From: Haplodiscus bocki
Taxonomy: Eukaryota
Length of the DNA stretch: 64,000 nt
Assembly (NCBI GenBank): GCA_965655095.1
Contig: CBFHFQ010000233.1
Coordinates: forward strand, 1-64,000
Reading direction: 5' to 3'
Below are positions 24,951 to 39,100 of this stretch, in pieces. Every line of letters begins with the position of its first letter. Within the stretch, counting starts at the first letter, position 1. The translations under genes and the position numbers were made by a program. Under the pieces are notes generated by a model, which was given only the letters and a program-made list of their open reading frames with translations, was not told the origin of the DNA and ran no database searches.

Positions 24951-27900
24951 CAGCAATATATTAAGATGAATGATGGCTTTCGGTAATACTTAAGCACAGG
25001 CTTATAGAGTCCTAAAATGTCAAGAAGGTATGTAATAGGGTTTCATGTTCGAAAAAAAATCGGTATTGTTCGACAAAGCGCGAAACCATACCTTGTACTA
25101 TGCATTAGGATAGTGTCAATGTGGCAAGAGAGCGACAATGTATCAAAGTAGTGAAGCAAGGTTTTAGCATAAGCTATAGCTCGTGCTAATTTTTATACAT
25201 ACAATGTAAATATCATTTTGGGTCACTGTGAGACCTTTTCGGAAAAAAATGGAAAATAATTGGCATAGTTTTGCCTATGTAATAAATTTGTATCGAAGTA
25301 ATGAAATAGGGCAAGATTCTCGGTAATTTTTCTATTTCCGCTAATCTTTCACCATGTATGAAGATATAAAGTTAGTTATATGATTCCATTTCGTTCATAT
25401 AACTCTGGATGAATTTGTTCAACTTTGGATCACAATTTTCTAGCGTTTTGAAGTACTTCTTTTGGCAAATAAAACCATCTGATTGATCTTTTAATGAGCT
25501 TTTGCACAGTATGTTTGCTTATTCTGATCTCCCATTATTTACTTCTCCAATTAGGATTTTGTAAAGCGTACTGTTATTGCTCAGTCGCATTCTTTTGAAT
25601 CATGACTGTAACTCTGAGCACTGCGACACTTTATTTCGAGGAAAAAACGGATTTTATAAAAACGAAATTTCCAACGTTCACCATTCCCACTCCTATTCCA
25701 ATGTTCACCGTTGTAACGAAAACGAGGCACCGTGAGAGTCGGCTTTTTAGTAAAGGAAACGGCCGACTAAAAATCAATTTTATCCGCTTTCGATCATCTT
25801 ACTGCATCTATTTCAAAACTGAGAGACAAGTTGGAGCAACGAGACATCCAACTCGCGCAAATCATGTGCTACTGAACGCATTTGTTAGCAAGTTCGAATA
25901 CAAGCACATATGCCTTCATGACATTGAATGTCTCCAGAATGTGAAAGTGTTGTAAAAGTGTTATAACTATAAAAGTATACTCAACCGCTTAAACTATAAC
26001 AAAATAATATCATCAATTTCCGGAATATTCAATATTGTACATTCAATATTGTACATTCAAGAAAAAAATTTAGCCTGTACTTGCAAACTTGTTAAAGCTA
26101 CGAAATAAAAAATTTAACAGGAATGAGGTCAAGCAGTTCAAAAAACTTTTGAAAACCCATTTGACTCAAAGTAAGGAAGCGTCGCATTGTAATGAAATCC
26201 ATTGTAAGAAACAGACAATTTGAAAGACTAGAAGGGAAGAAGTCATATGTATTTAATGCAGGCATACAATATAAGAGTAATTTTAAAAAATAAAAAATGG
26301 CGTTTCATTTTTGGAATTCATGCTTTGCATTTCACCAAATCGACATTACCCTTGTCATCAGGAGCAGTCACCCAATCCTCGTTAGTTTGCGGTTGCAGAC
26401 AACAGACGAATTCATGAAATTTCAGAATAATTATCTCAATCTTGGAATTCAAACCTGCCTGACAGTTACCGACAAAGTTCTCTACTGAGTGAGGGTTCGA
26501 TCAATAAGGATATGAAAATTTCCGATAAAGTTTCCAAATTCAAAAGCCTTTGAAGCAATGAACTTGTAAAGATTTACCCGCTCAATCAAACTTATATTTG
26601 AGATAAGCTTCGCATATGCATATTTTGATCAATAGGGTTTACAAAGCGGACATATTTGCAAAAAATTCTCGGATCAACTTGAAGTAACATTCTTTCCCAT
26701 TTAAACCTACTAATTTCAAGAAACATTTAAATCAAAATTTAATGATAATTTTCTAGCAGTCTCTCAGTATACAATACTCACATAGACAACTCAAGGATCT
26801 TGCATGAAAACATTATCCATATTTCTATGCAACTTACAAAATTTCGAAAAGTGCAATGCAACTTTCAAGATTTCGGAAAAAGAAAAAGCTTCGAAATTCA
26901 TGAAAACATTGAATAATCATGTCGTGAAAATCATAATAAAATTATAACTACCAAAAAAAATTTCGAAATAAATTTTCGAGACAACAATCCAAACAGTTAT
27001 TTTTTGCACTTCTAAAACTCTTCCCTCAGCCCTTTGTTTGATCGACCAGAACACGTTGCAATTGTCCTCCTTCTGAACCATATCTTGTCACCGATCAAGA
27101 ACGTAACCTGGAAAACAATAATGGAATGTCAAAACACACTAAAATTTATAAGATTATAGATTTGTAGATTTCATAAACTCTATAGGTTGAATAAAACGAG
27201 TTTTCTTTGATTGTTTCTGCAATGCATGTTTTTCCAACGGATCTATCTATGATGTTTTGTTCGATCAAACATGTTCAACTTGACTGTATAATCAAAAGAT
27301 TTGCTGAGACAATGCATGATGAATTGATCAGCCCAAAGCGACGTTGAATCGAAAGTGAGATCCTTAGAAAACAGAAATCGGTGATGATGTACTAGAACTC
27401 TGTTCGTTCTTAGTTCTTAGCTAGAACTCTGTTGGTTCAATTGGATTCCAATTTGGGCCACGAACAGAACAAAAGTTTCGGCTAGTCGGAAGAATTAGTC
27501 AGTCAATATCATCAGCTGTGTTATGTTGTAAAGTTAAAACATTTGACTACAAATCGCGTCGCTGAAACTACCGACACTGAAACATTTATTGAAGATTACC
27601 AATGTAATGTTTATAGCTCAAACGACTTCATTTAGGAGGATACGCTAAAATTTTGACCTTAGTGAGTTTTAATCGTTATAATCCTGCATACCCCGTATTG
27701 TTTTCAGAAGAAGCCGTTTGAGCCAAAAAATGTCAAAGTTTCTCGTTAGAATTACATCTGGATTTGCTGCAACAAAACCAGTCGCCAGAATTTGAGTCCA
27801 ACCTATTTCGTCATTTTGAAGTCAAGTTTAACCTTTAATCAATTTCTCTAACTTTTTCAAATTATTTTAAATTATGGACTCCATCAATAATGACGCAGAG

Positions 27901-28915
27901 AGTCCCGGGCAAACTGATGGCCAAAGTGAAAATGATATTGTTAGAATGAAGTCATCGGATGACAGGTCAGACAGTACGCCATCTTGTTCAGTTTTTGCAC
28001 GCAAAAACTATTTTGAGACACTCACCATTACAAAGGAAGATGAATTGACGTACGCCAGTTGCGGTGCATTGAATAACACTCTTAAACCCAGGAAGAAACC
28101 GTGCGCTACAGGTTAGAAAATTTGGAAAGTTCAATTCCTACTTTTCCGAAACACTATTGTTTTCATTAAAAAACTGTTGCCAGTTTATTTAACAACACCA
28201 TTACCATAATCATTGTCGTTACAGAAAAATATGTAGGCAAACTGTTATAAGTTATTACTGCTTCTTGTTGAATAAACCATGGAAACACGCTTTCAACAAA
28301 AATATATAACAAAAGGAATGACAAAAAAACACTAATCAAATTCGTTCACACTTTCTATTCAAACTGGAAGGTATAGCAGAAAAAATGTGAAATTATCAAA
28401 CTTTCTTAGGCTTTTAAAACCGCCAGAAAATTGAATACTGCGACCGCCAGCATTGTCTCTACGCAGGTCCACCTTATAAACTCATTGCCAAGAGCGATAT
28501 TTAGATCTCAGTCTAACTCCAACTCTCTTCCACGGCCATTGAAATGTAACAGAAAGCTCCTACAGCTATATGTTACAAAAATCGGGACATCACAGTGCTA
28601 GGCACAGGACCACGAAAAGTCCCTTCTGTCCTTAGAACTACGAAAACTTGTATCCGTCCCAGTTTTCCGTGATGGATTCCGTGAGAGTGGAGAATTTACC
28701 ACTGATTGACTGGGATCCAGCATTCCGAGCTAAACCTCACGTAGCTTAGACTCAAATGTCTTCCACTAAAACCTAGGACTTGCCTACCATCTGGTGAAGT
28801 TGCGACTCACTGACTTATTGGGCTAGCGAAAAATGGGTGTCATTCTCATAAATTAATCCTATCTCTCACAGTCAAAAGGTAGAAGGGAAAAATTTGAAAT
28901 TTTCACGGATCTGCG

Positions 28916-28918
<3 letters not shown>

Positions 28919-28946
<28 letters not shown>
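28919..28946. repeat. (CT)14 microsatellite
   Basis: seen directly. Confidence 0.95.
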
Positions 28947-28950
<4 letters not shown>

Positions 28951-30180
28951 GGCATGCGGGCTCTTATCTCTTGCTCAGCTTTCAGAGAATTACCGCATTT
29001 GCTAACTTTGGGCTTGAGATGATTAAGCAATATCCTGGACTTCATTTCGCATTTTTCATAATGGCACAAAACATCAAAGTACTGTCTGAAGTCTTCAACT
29101 ATGTTTCAGCCAGACTATGAAATTTTCCTTTCTTCTTTGATTTAGTGATCTGCATATGTTTGCAAAACTTTTTGGGCTACATAAGCATAGGTATCATTGC
29201 GGGCAAGTTCACACTTTTCTTTATACCATAATCAATTATCAAGATCAGCGTCAACGAGAACGTGGGGTTGAAGTCTTTTGCAATCAAGTTGAACATTTCC
29301 AGAGAAAATAACAGTTCCAGAGATAAACAAACAAAGAAAAGTAACGATTTATTCAGGACGCGTCTTAGTTCGACGACGCTGAAGACAGCAACAAAATAAA
29401 AAACCCACCAAAAAAATGAAAGCAAAAACACATCAAAATTGTACTTACTTGAACAATCAGTACTCCAGGAGTTATTTATTACCATCGCTTATCTTAATGT
29501 TTCAAGAATAATTTAATTCAGGCTATTTCTTGACGTATGTCTGACAAAAGTTCAGGTCTGACTCAGGCTCGACGCAAAATTTTTCAGAGTCCCGGTACTA
29601 TTATCATTAGCTGACGTAACCATGACGTCGACACACTGAATGATTAGATTACTAAGTTTTGTCTTTACTGCACGCACTGTTTACTTCACTTAATTGATAT
29701 AAAATAAACACCGGAAGTGATTAAGCGTGGAATACGGGTAGGCTCTCGCCATTTATTAAACATCTCTAATTTCAACTACTCCCACTCATTTGTCCTAGTT
29801 CTAGAAAAGCAAACAAAGAGATTTTCCTTGGAATAACGTTTTTTTAAACCGTTTAAACAACTCAATCTGCAGAAAAATACCATAATTGAGATATTGTTAA
29901 CGAAAAATTTGTGCAAGGTGACGTCAATCATAAACAATGTTTTCAAAATAGGTAGATTGAGGCGGTTTAACGTCATGGCAACAACAAATTATAAATTGCA
30001 CGTTTTAAATTAGTTTATACTTTGACATGAAATTGGTCTGACTGTAAAGTAACTTCAACTGAAGAAAAAAAATTATCTTAAAAAAATTTTTCTTTGAAAA
30101 CATTTCACCTTCATTTTTCGCTCCCGACAACTCTTGGTTCAACTCTTACCTCATATAATCATGCACCGGTTCTAATGCAG

Positions 30181-30858
30181 CCTGTACTGAGACTCCATGG
30201 CATCTCACCGATTGCCATGATATTTCCACCGAACCCACCGGTGGCCATGTATGGTTAACACCTGGCCACCGGTGGTAGGAGCAGATTATTCAGAATTCCA
30301 TCAATTGACGTCAATGGTCCACCGGTGGAAAACCTCTGGCCATCGGTGGAAAACCTCTGGCCACCGGTAGAAATTGGCAATTTTTGAAGTGATACCTCAA
30401 CTCGGTATGTGGCACATTCAAAAGCCGAAAAAAATGGAAAAAATTTTACATGCATTTTAGCTGGATTTTTGTGCTATTATGCATTCCGGAAAAACAATTA
30501 CGCAACAAAAAATGCCAAGCTCCACCAATATTGAATTAATGGTGTTAATGGTGTTCAAAATTATAGTTTTTACTTTGCTCAAATGTGTTGAATTTAATGC
30601 TGGTATGGTCCATGCATGGGAGTGCATTGGATCTCAACGCAGGTATTGTGTAAACGAAGGAAAATAGGGTTTTCAAGCGCATAGGCCGTTTTTGAGATTT
30701 TCATTTCCATTGAAAGCCACCGGTGGTCCATCGATGGCCATGTCGAGAAGTGGCGCTGGGCATCGGTGAACCACCGGTGGTCCACCGATGGCCCATCGGT
30801 GGGAATGCCCTGGACGACCGATGGCCACCGGTGAGATCCCATGGAGTCTCAGTACGGG
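30181..30858. mobile_element. CMC/EnSpm-like MITE
   Basis: ~29-bp TIRs CCTGTACTGAGACTCCATGGCATCTCACC / GGTGAGATCCCATGGAGTCTCAGTACGGG; 2-bp AG duplication; many subterminal palindromic CCACCGGTGG/CCATCGATGG units. Confidence 0.85.
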
Positions 30859-33800
30859 AGGCTTGAGAAACAACTCACTTGAGATGTACCAAGAAACTGA
30901 CCAAAATTTTCGGGTCTTTCACTCTTCATTTTATATCGAATTCTACCATTTTTCAAATGTTTCGAAGGTTGATGCTGCTTTTGACTTACGGGCTGAATTA
31001 ACTTCAAGTCAAATCTTCTCCAAAATCTCTTCATAAATACTTCAGTTCTCCAAGAATAATGGATATGATTTTTTGCTGAAGTAGTATGTGACAATTTGCG
31101 ACAAGTTTTTTGGACAGAAATCGGAATTAAAAACTTATTGAACACAGTTATTGCGTTTTTTAGGAGTGAAAGCTGTTCACGCAACTGCGTATTTTTGGTA
31201 ATTGCATTTTTGTGATCACAATAATTTTATAAAAGTCAACCAATCAATTAAATTCTAAGCACTAAAATAGGAAACTTATATAAATGCTGTTTATATTCTG
31301 ATTACATTGCATCCAAAAAAATAGCCTCGAAGAGGTAATGGATACCGAGTGGTGAAAACCAGCTGTGATTGTTAAGTCGCTGCTCGCTCGATGGTCCTCA
31401 TGGCTGAAATAGATTTTTTATTAATTTTTACCCCCTCAAGCCGGTGCGTTTCAAATGTTTGCACAATTCCTTCTTTTTTCACATGCTGTAAGAGCAGAAT
31501 ATATCCCCTTTGTTTGTTAATATATTTAAAAAAGTCTCTGATTCAAAGAAATAATCCCCTGACGGGACTCGAGTATCGAAGCACAGAAGAAGAAAGTTTT
31601 ATTGACACCATAAATTGACAAAGTGGGCTCAAGAAGTAGCCTCTTCGAGAAATCATTCAAAAACAAAATGGTCTGGAGGCTTCAAATATGCTATTTTTGG
31701 CAGTTTGAACATGAAAACAAAAACTGCTGAAAATTTGCATGTGTAACGTCTTACATTTACGTTAAAGTCATATTCACGTCAATTCAGCACGCAATCACCA
31801 AACTAGGAAGTTTTTGAGGAAGCAAACTCTGTTGAAATTAGCACATTTCAATTGTTTTTGAATTAAGCCAATCAAAAAATAATCAGAACCCATACAAAAA
31901 AGTCTATGATGATCTAGACTGCCTTTCTCATGGTTAGGTAGAAATAAAGGCGCAGAAAAAGTTTGCGCTTGGGTTTCGAGTATAGGCACCCAACAACTCA
32001 GATCAGCCTGGCACCAGGCAGGAGAACCTCCTGCTTTACACAAAACTCAGAGACGATACTTGAAAAAAATCGGCTCCACGCAAAATGTAAGCGTCACGAA
32101 AAAATATAAATTCGAATGGAAAAAAGGGTAACATCAGTCACATGCTTCTCTGCCGTTCTTTATTTCTATAATTGTGCCACTAAACACTTTTGGCAAGAGT
32201 AAGGGCAGCATTTTGAAAAAAAGCTGAAATTTCAGTGATTTTCTGCAAAAAAGAACGTTTTTCAGAACGTTTCAACTTCAAAGAAATTCCAACAAAAAAA
32301 ATTTATTTCTGAAATCAAGAATACGTTGATAAGTAGGGTCCAAACTACCTTATGCTATAATCTATCTGCGCAACAAACACAATTTTTGCCGAAGTAGTTG
32401 ATTTTCTGATTAAAAACATAACTTTCGGTCAAATTTTCGATAATGGGGATATTTTGCAACTTCCGAGGGTCTCTCAGACGCGCTAGAAAATTTTTAAGAC
32501 ACATTCATGCAGTTGACAGGGATCTGAAATACTCATTTGAGGTACTACATTTGAGAAAGCACCATTTTAGCAGGTAAAAATTTCCTACTTTTCACGTAAT
32601 TCCAGCAAAAAACATGACGGTGGAAATTTTTTGGAAACTTTTTCGGCTAAAAATCAGTCCGGAGTCTTTTGGATTCCAATTAGAACACAAATCCCTATAG
32701 GTGCCATAGGCACCGACACATAAGCGCTTTATGACAAATTTTTTGATCGATGTCACAAAATCTGCGAAAAAATGAAAAAAAGCATCAGCTCAACTAACGT
32801 TGGCCATGGGTTTCGAGTAAAAAATCTTAAAAAACAAATTGTGAAATTATTCCGCCAATTTTAACTTTTTTGAAAGCCTACTTTCCTCCCAAGTTGTACA
32901 AATGGCAGAAGAAGCCGAAAGTTACCACTTTTTAGTATATCCGGCAAATACCACAACTTTCCCCGAAAAAATCGGCATTAAATTTTACTCCTGGAATGGA
33001 AACCCCACCTAACTTTTCTCACTGGTCAAATGCCACATTTGAACAGCTGGTAGTGGCACTTTCCACGAGAAAATTTATTGGAAAAAATTGACAACATCTT
33101 CAAAGTTACTGCAATATTTGGGCTGAAACTGCCTCTGTCCCCCTTCACATTCAAGACATTTTGAGAACTTTACAGACAATGCCTTGCAGTTATCGATTTC
33201 CTCAAAAAAATTTCCTTTCAGAGTATTTTCAGAAACCAAACTCTTGAGAAGCAATCGAGGGGAAAAAATCTTTCGCTATACACAATCTTGATACATGGGG
33301 ATTGAGTTAACAGTTCAGTTTTCTCTCGATCGCGTCTTGGGAGTTTCTTAAAAATATATACTTTTACGGTTACTTTTGTTGGCACGTTTAAAAGCCAAAC
33401 TTATTAAAATTGTCTGAAGCTGACCGGTAATGGAGCATTGTTCACACTCTAATTATGTCATGTTTCAAAGAACAAATTTGATTTCAAAACTTCCTTTTCA
33501 ACGTTTTTGAAGCAAAAAAAGTATCACCGCTACCACTTTCCTGCAGACAATTTTGCTGTTAAACGCCTAATGTTTCAAGGCATGTCAATGCGTTTACTGC
33601 ACAATTTCGATAAGTAACAAATTGAAACACGATCTGACTTTTGTAGAAGGAGATTCATTTTTGAGTGTAAAAACGGGTTTGAAATTTCGCTGCCATTTGA
33701 CTACTGTGTTCCAACAAGCAGCAACACCCTGACCCTATCCACTTGATCGACTTCCTTATCACGAAAATAAAAAACAAGACTGCGGATGTACGCCAGATAC

Positions 33801-34569
33801 AGTTCATCTCCCCCTCCTCAACCTGGTAGTTGAAATGAGCAAAGATGCGTGAAAGCGTGCATATAAAAATCCACAATTACGTGAACGTAGAATTGAAAAG
33901 AAAAATCACACCTGCACTTTCACGTTTAAACGATAGTGAAAAAATCAGCACCACCACACACCATACCAAGAAATTGGTAGTATAGCACGTACTCAAAGAC
34001 TAGTATTTCTCTTTCTTTTTCGTCTCCTATAGCTGATTGGTATTTGTAGAATGACATCGATGAAGTTAAGGCTTGCCGCAGTGTTTGGGGTTCACTACTT
34101 CATACGTATCCCCAGTCGAGTGTCGTACATTGCCTTGAAGCTATAGGAGGAACTGTCCATAACACGAAGCTTGGAAAAGTATAATCGATCAAAGGGATAT
34201 CCACCAGGAATGCTCACTCGATACACAGGTGAAAAACTAGACACGAAAGTTGGCCAGTGGATATTTTTTTGTCCTAAACGAAAACACGTTTTCTCAGAAA
34301 TATGTGTACTAGCATGATGACTAGCATATAGTTGTTTGAGGAGATCTCCATGATTACTTATCCGATTGACTTCAAATAAAAACTGACGTCAACTTAATTG
34401 ATTCGAGAAAAAAGTTGAAAAAAATAGTAATTGTACGAGTATAAGAAGAATTATAATTTTATTCGTATTTGAGTACGTGTAACTATACTCATTTACTTTC
34501 GTAATTGTTGACACTTACATAATCAGAGAAATATAAGAGTTCATTTTATTAGATAGTATTCTATCAAAC

Positions 34570-35049
34570 CATCATCATTCATACAAATATTAGTCCATTC
34601 ACGAATTGCATATTGAAAAGGATTTCTTCCATCAATACAAAACTATTTTACATATTTTTTAAACTGAGAAAAATTTTTAAGAAATTTTCGGTGCATTTTT
34701 TGTATTCCAAGTTTTAGATAATAATGTATAAATTTATATTTGATAGATTACAATAAATTTTTATTGTTAGTTTGTTTATTTGATTAAATATAAAACCATT
34801 TTCTCTAGCAACTGTTAATTTTTCATTTAATTCATACAAATTCATGCTTTTGCCGCAAATTGTAAAATTATTTATATCATTATTACTATTTTTTGTAAGG
34901 TTAATAGCATTTACACAATTTTGATCAAATGTGGGAAAATTTTTATTATGACAATCTCTAATACAATTATAAATTTTAAAATCTATCTTTTGAGTGAGTG
35001 ATTTATCAAATTCATATTCTTTAACAATAACATTTTCGTTTTTGTTCAT
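34570..35049 (-). pseudogene. Polinton subterminal uncharacterised ORF (frameshifted)
   Basis: 111-aa ORF 35049-34714 continues in a shifted frame (YYLKLGIQKMHRKF...). Confidence 0.55.
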
Positions 35050-35251
35050 TTAGTAGTAACAAATTAATTGAATTAAAAAATCTTTTTCAACAAATTATAT
35101 GATAAATCATCTTAAAAGACTACAATTAGAAAAATATCAAGCAATTCGATTTTTTCTTCGACTTTCGTTATAACATCTTCTACAGACTCTTTTATTTTTA
35201 ATGTAATTATCATAATTCAATTCAACAAAGCATTTATCACTTTTGCCATGA

Positions 35252-38200
35252 CTAAATTGTGTTTGTTCTCTTTTTTCTCCTTCTACAACATCCTCTCCAA
35301 CATAGTGAGGTAACATAACCATTTTCATCAGGTGGCTGTCTTTTTAATTTGTTGATTTCCGTAGAATAAAATTTGATTTGTATTATTCCTTTTAAACATT
35401 CATCACACGATCTAGATATCTCGCAATCAAAACAATTCAATTTACGATCTATTATACACGATCGACACATTTTATCGTTTTGTCAATTTTCACAGTTAAT
35501 AACTCTATTTGGAATTTTAACACCAATTTCGTTTCCAGTTAAATTTTGATGTATTACGATCTATTAGACCTTTTTCCATTTCCATGTTAAGAAAACCTCT
35601 AAATCCTATCTGCCATATTTCACGATCACAAGCTTTGAAAGTAATCTTTTGTTGAAGCAAACCATTATCATCCAATACTATGCAATACTTGATTTTAGCA
35701 CTCATAAACAGAACACATACAATAGCAGCCTCACCATAATCGTTTTTTGGTTCATAGAGACCTTTTACCAATTAAATTTTGTTCTTTTGAAACCTCGTAA
35801 TCATTTTTGTGGATAACCATATCAGAATAGTATGTTTTTTGGTTTATAAACCCGTCTTAAGCGAATATAACATCGTTCATTAATTATTTCGAGTGCGATA
35901 ATATTGACGCTCCTAGATGACATGGTTGACTGTAAATTTTTTTAATAGAACCAATATCGTCGACACATTCGTGATCAGCTATTTTCACCATTATATTACT
36001 ATTTTTTAGTGGAAACCATTCAATAACTCTATCGTCGTATCCTGTTTTCATCCAATGAGAAAACACACATTTGTAAACATCTTCAAAATCGCTACGTATA
36101 GTAAAACCATAAACAGCGTTTGGTACTTGCTTAGCTTCAGTTTGTAATATGTTTTTTTTCTCTTTCTTGTATTTATTTCTTTTTGCTGTCATATTGAGAA
36201 CGATATTTTCAAAAGGATTGTAATCTAAATTATCACAAATAAAACCTTCGAAGGTTACTGTTATAACACCACCAACTCTAACAATCTCTTCAATGTCAAC
36301 CGACGTCAAATGTTGCCTTATAAAGCCATTGCGAAAGCGATTTATTTCCTCTCATCTATTTTTATTGGCATTGAAAACCCATTCTTTAACACTCATATGT
36401 TGAAATATGATGTTTTCAGGATTGTAGTAGTCATATCGAAAAAACCTGTTTTGTTTTTTTTTCATTCACAAGTATTGAACAGTTCACATAAACGGGCAGT
36501 ATATTTTTTCTATTGCTATAGTTGTTTCTGTTATAGGCCATTTTGGGCCTTTGTGAGCCATCGCGCTAGGATATAACCTATTATAATCGCTTGAAACAAG
36601 TAATTGCGATTTACCAACAGGTTTTAATTCTTTAGATATAGGTAAGTTACCTACTTTTTTATTGAAATAGTTCTCCAAAGAGTCTTTATTTTTCTGTCTA
36701 TAGTCACTAATTGAGAGTCCGTTTTGTCTGTGTAAAATTTATTAATTTTTTCAATGTAATCAAAATATTTCTCGAAGAAATCAGAGATATCAAGATTGCA
36801 CCCGTAATATCTTTCAAGGATATTAACTGTTCTGTCAAATGAGGTTGATACAAATTTACGGTTCGAACAAATTACTCTTCCACGGTGTACAGTTTTTCCA
36901 ATGAAATTTCTAACATATTTGTTTTCTTGTGTGTAAAATGTTTTGTTATCCTCTTTTAGATATTTACCCAAACAAGCCCAACCGAGAGATGATTCTGTTA
37001 ACGAATTTTTTTTCGAGACACCTGTTATTTTTTGTATTGACTTACCATGCTTTGATACTACATAAGCTGGACCTAGGACATCATCAATCAAGTAAGGTTT
37101 CCATAGGATTTCGTGTTCTTTATAAATCGATAACGTAATCAAATCATGTGCGATTTCTCCTTTTAATAATTGTCGTTGTATAATGTGTTCTTTTTGAAAG
37201 TCTTTCGAAAATCCCACGATATGACATTTTGAACGAACACATTTAGCATATTTAGGTATTTCTCTATCCTCTTCGTAAGCAGAACCAGCTCTGAAACTCA
37301 GTTTGACTAAGATTCGCGTTGTTTTTACTTTTTTTACAGATGTATACGATCCATGTAACGAATTCAATACAAAATAGTTTTAAAACCAATCGCGTTGTGT
37401 CCAACAAATTGACACTTATACGATGAGGTTAAATTTTTACCGTGTTTATCTGTGAGTTTTTTAGGTTTTCCTTTATAGTTGTCGATAACATAATTGATCA
37501 TATCTAATATTATGTTGTTGTTTTCACGATCGAATACGTGCACATTCTGTCGTTCGATTTCTAATTTTTTTTCTGTCAAATCACCGTTGAAACATTCAAA
37601 TAAACGATTAAGATGATAAACACCAGCTGCATATGCTTCACAATATAGTTGATTTTCCACAATACATGTTTCGAGATCGAAAGCGAATACCGCAAACATA
37701 CAATTTTTTTCATACGATATCGGAAATTTATACTCGATAACTTGTTTCAAAATAACATCAGATACTTCGCTGGATTCATATTTGAAATTATCTTTGAGTT
37801 TTTTTACAGCGTCGGGGTAAGTTGATTGATTAATTTTACGAGTAACACAAAAATGGTTATCATGAAGATATAAAAAAAATATTTCTTCGTTTTACCGATC
37901 GAGGCAGAATTGTTTTTTGTGTCGCATTATAAGAACCTGGATTCAAAGTATAATATCTCGAAATTGGTTGATTTTTAGCTTGTGTCATTATGTTTTTACA
38001 TCTATCTGATTGTTTTGTAAACTCGCGATTTTCTCGAGACTAGTCTTTTTGATATATGAATTCTATACATTTTCTGAAATACTCGTTAGCTTGGGGAATG
38101 TAAACAATATCGCTTTCATAATCTATTATTTTCTGACGAATATCACAACCGGTACCATAAGTTGACCGTTTACTTTATTGAAAATTAGAGTGTATTTAAT

Positions 38201-38740
38201 AATTTCTACTGAAAATAGAAGTTCTGGGGTTTCATCGTATTTATCAACCATCATTTCAATTGACTTTGGTAGTTGGTCGATAACCTCGATAGTATCTATT
38301 GATTTCTACAGGGTATAAGCTTATGTTGTTTTCGGCTAAATTTTTAAATTTACCTAAATCAACCTCATCAGTTTTAGAAATTGTTGTTGTAAAAATCAAA
38401 AGGGTTTGTTTGACCGTGTTTTCTAATATCTCGAATTTGTTCTTTTATGTTGGTTAAATTATTATTTTCAAAATCGAGTCTTGTTTGCATTTCATTTTTG
38501 GAGTCTGTTAATACTTCTAAATTGTTCTCGAGTTCTATTTTATTTAATTCAAAATTCTTTTGTCTGGTTTGGTGTAGTTTGCGTCGTTTAAGCTCTCGTT
38601 TTTTTCGATGATGTTTTTTCCTATTAATGTTTGTTTTATCCCTAACAGTGTTTATTCTTTCCTCCAGCGTTTCAATTGTATTAAGTGTTTCTTTTTTACT
38701 TTTTGATTCATATACTTCGTTGAATTCTTATTCTTGCTCA
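35252..38740 (-). pseudogene. polB: protein-primed family B DNA polymerase, fragmented
   Basis: Motifs in order across broken ORFs: ExoI FAFDLET, ExoII GHNAIGF, ExoIII YLIDDV, motif A SDYNRLYPSAM, motif B KQVPNAVYG, decayed motif C YYSD, then AKIKYC. N-terminal boundary approximate. Confidence 0.92.
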
Positions 38741-38797
38741 TTTATAAGTCAGGAATCTATTCAAAAAAATCCTTTTCGATAAAGACATAATAAATAA

Positions 38798-39100
38798 ATG
38801 CTGAGTAAAACGTCCACCATGTGTATAAATAAAAAACATATCAACAACTTTTACAAAAAATACACAGAATTTAAAGATTGTAATCGCACAAGAGGACTAA
38901 AACGTTACTCTGAAAACAAAGATAAAACATCAAATCAACAAAACTTATTATGTGAAGAAATTAGAGACAAAATATTATTACGGAAACAAACCAATAGATG
39001 TATTCAAATTAGAGACTTAGTTAGATCCTACGTTGAATTAGAAAACAAGTTAAAAGCGATGGAAGAGAAATTAAACATAAATGAGGAAGAAAACAAATAA
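38798..39100 (+). CDS. Polinton small Lys-rich ORF (decayed Cys motifs, C-terminal coiled-coil-like segment)
   Basis: open 100-aa ORF overlapping the integrase start, same strand. Confidence 0.5.
   Translation: MLSKTSTMCINKKHINNFYKKYTEFKDCNRTRGLKRYSENKDKTSNQQNLLCEEIRDKILLRKQTNRCIQIRDLVRSYVELENKLKAMEEKLNINEEENK

Noticed and set aside
29177-29485. Transposase C-terminal VND..ERGV-like motif on the plus strand
   Set aside because: Requires assumed frameshifts; too weak to call.
34033-34228. AG/GT-bounded exon-like segment next to the Polinton
   Set aside because: Stops in the plausible frames and no recognisable product.
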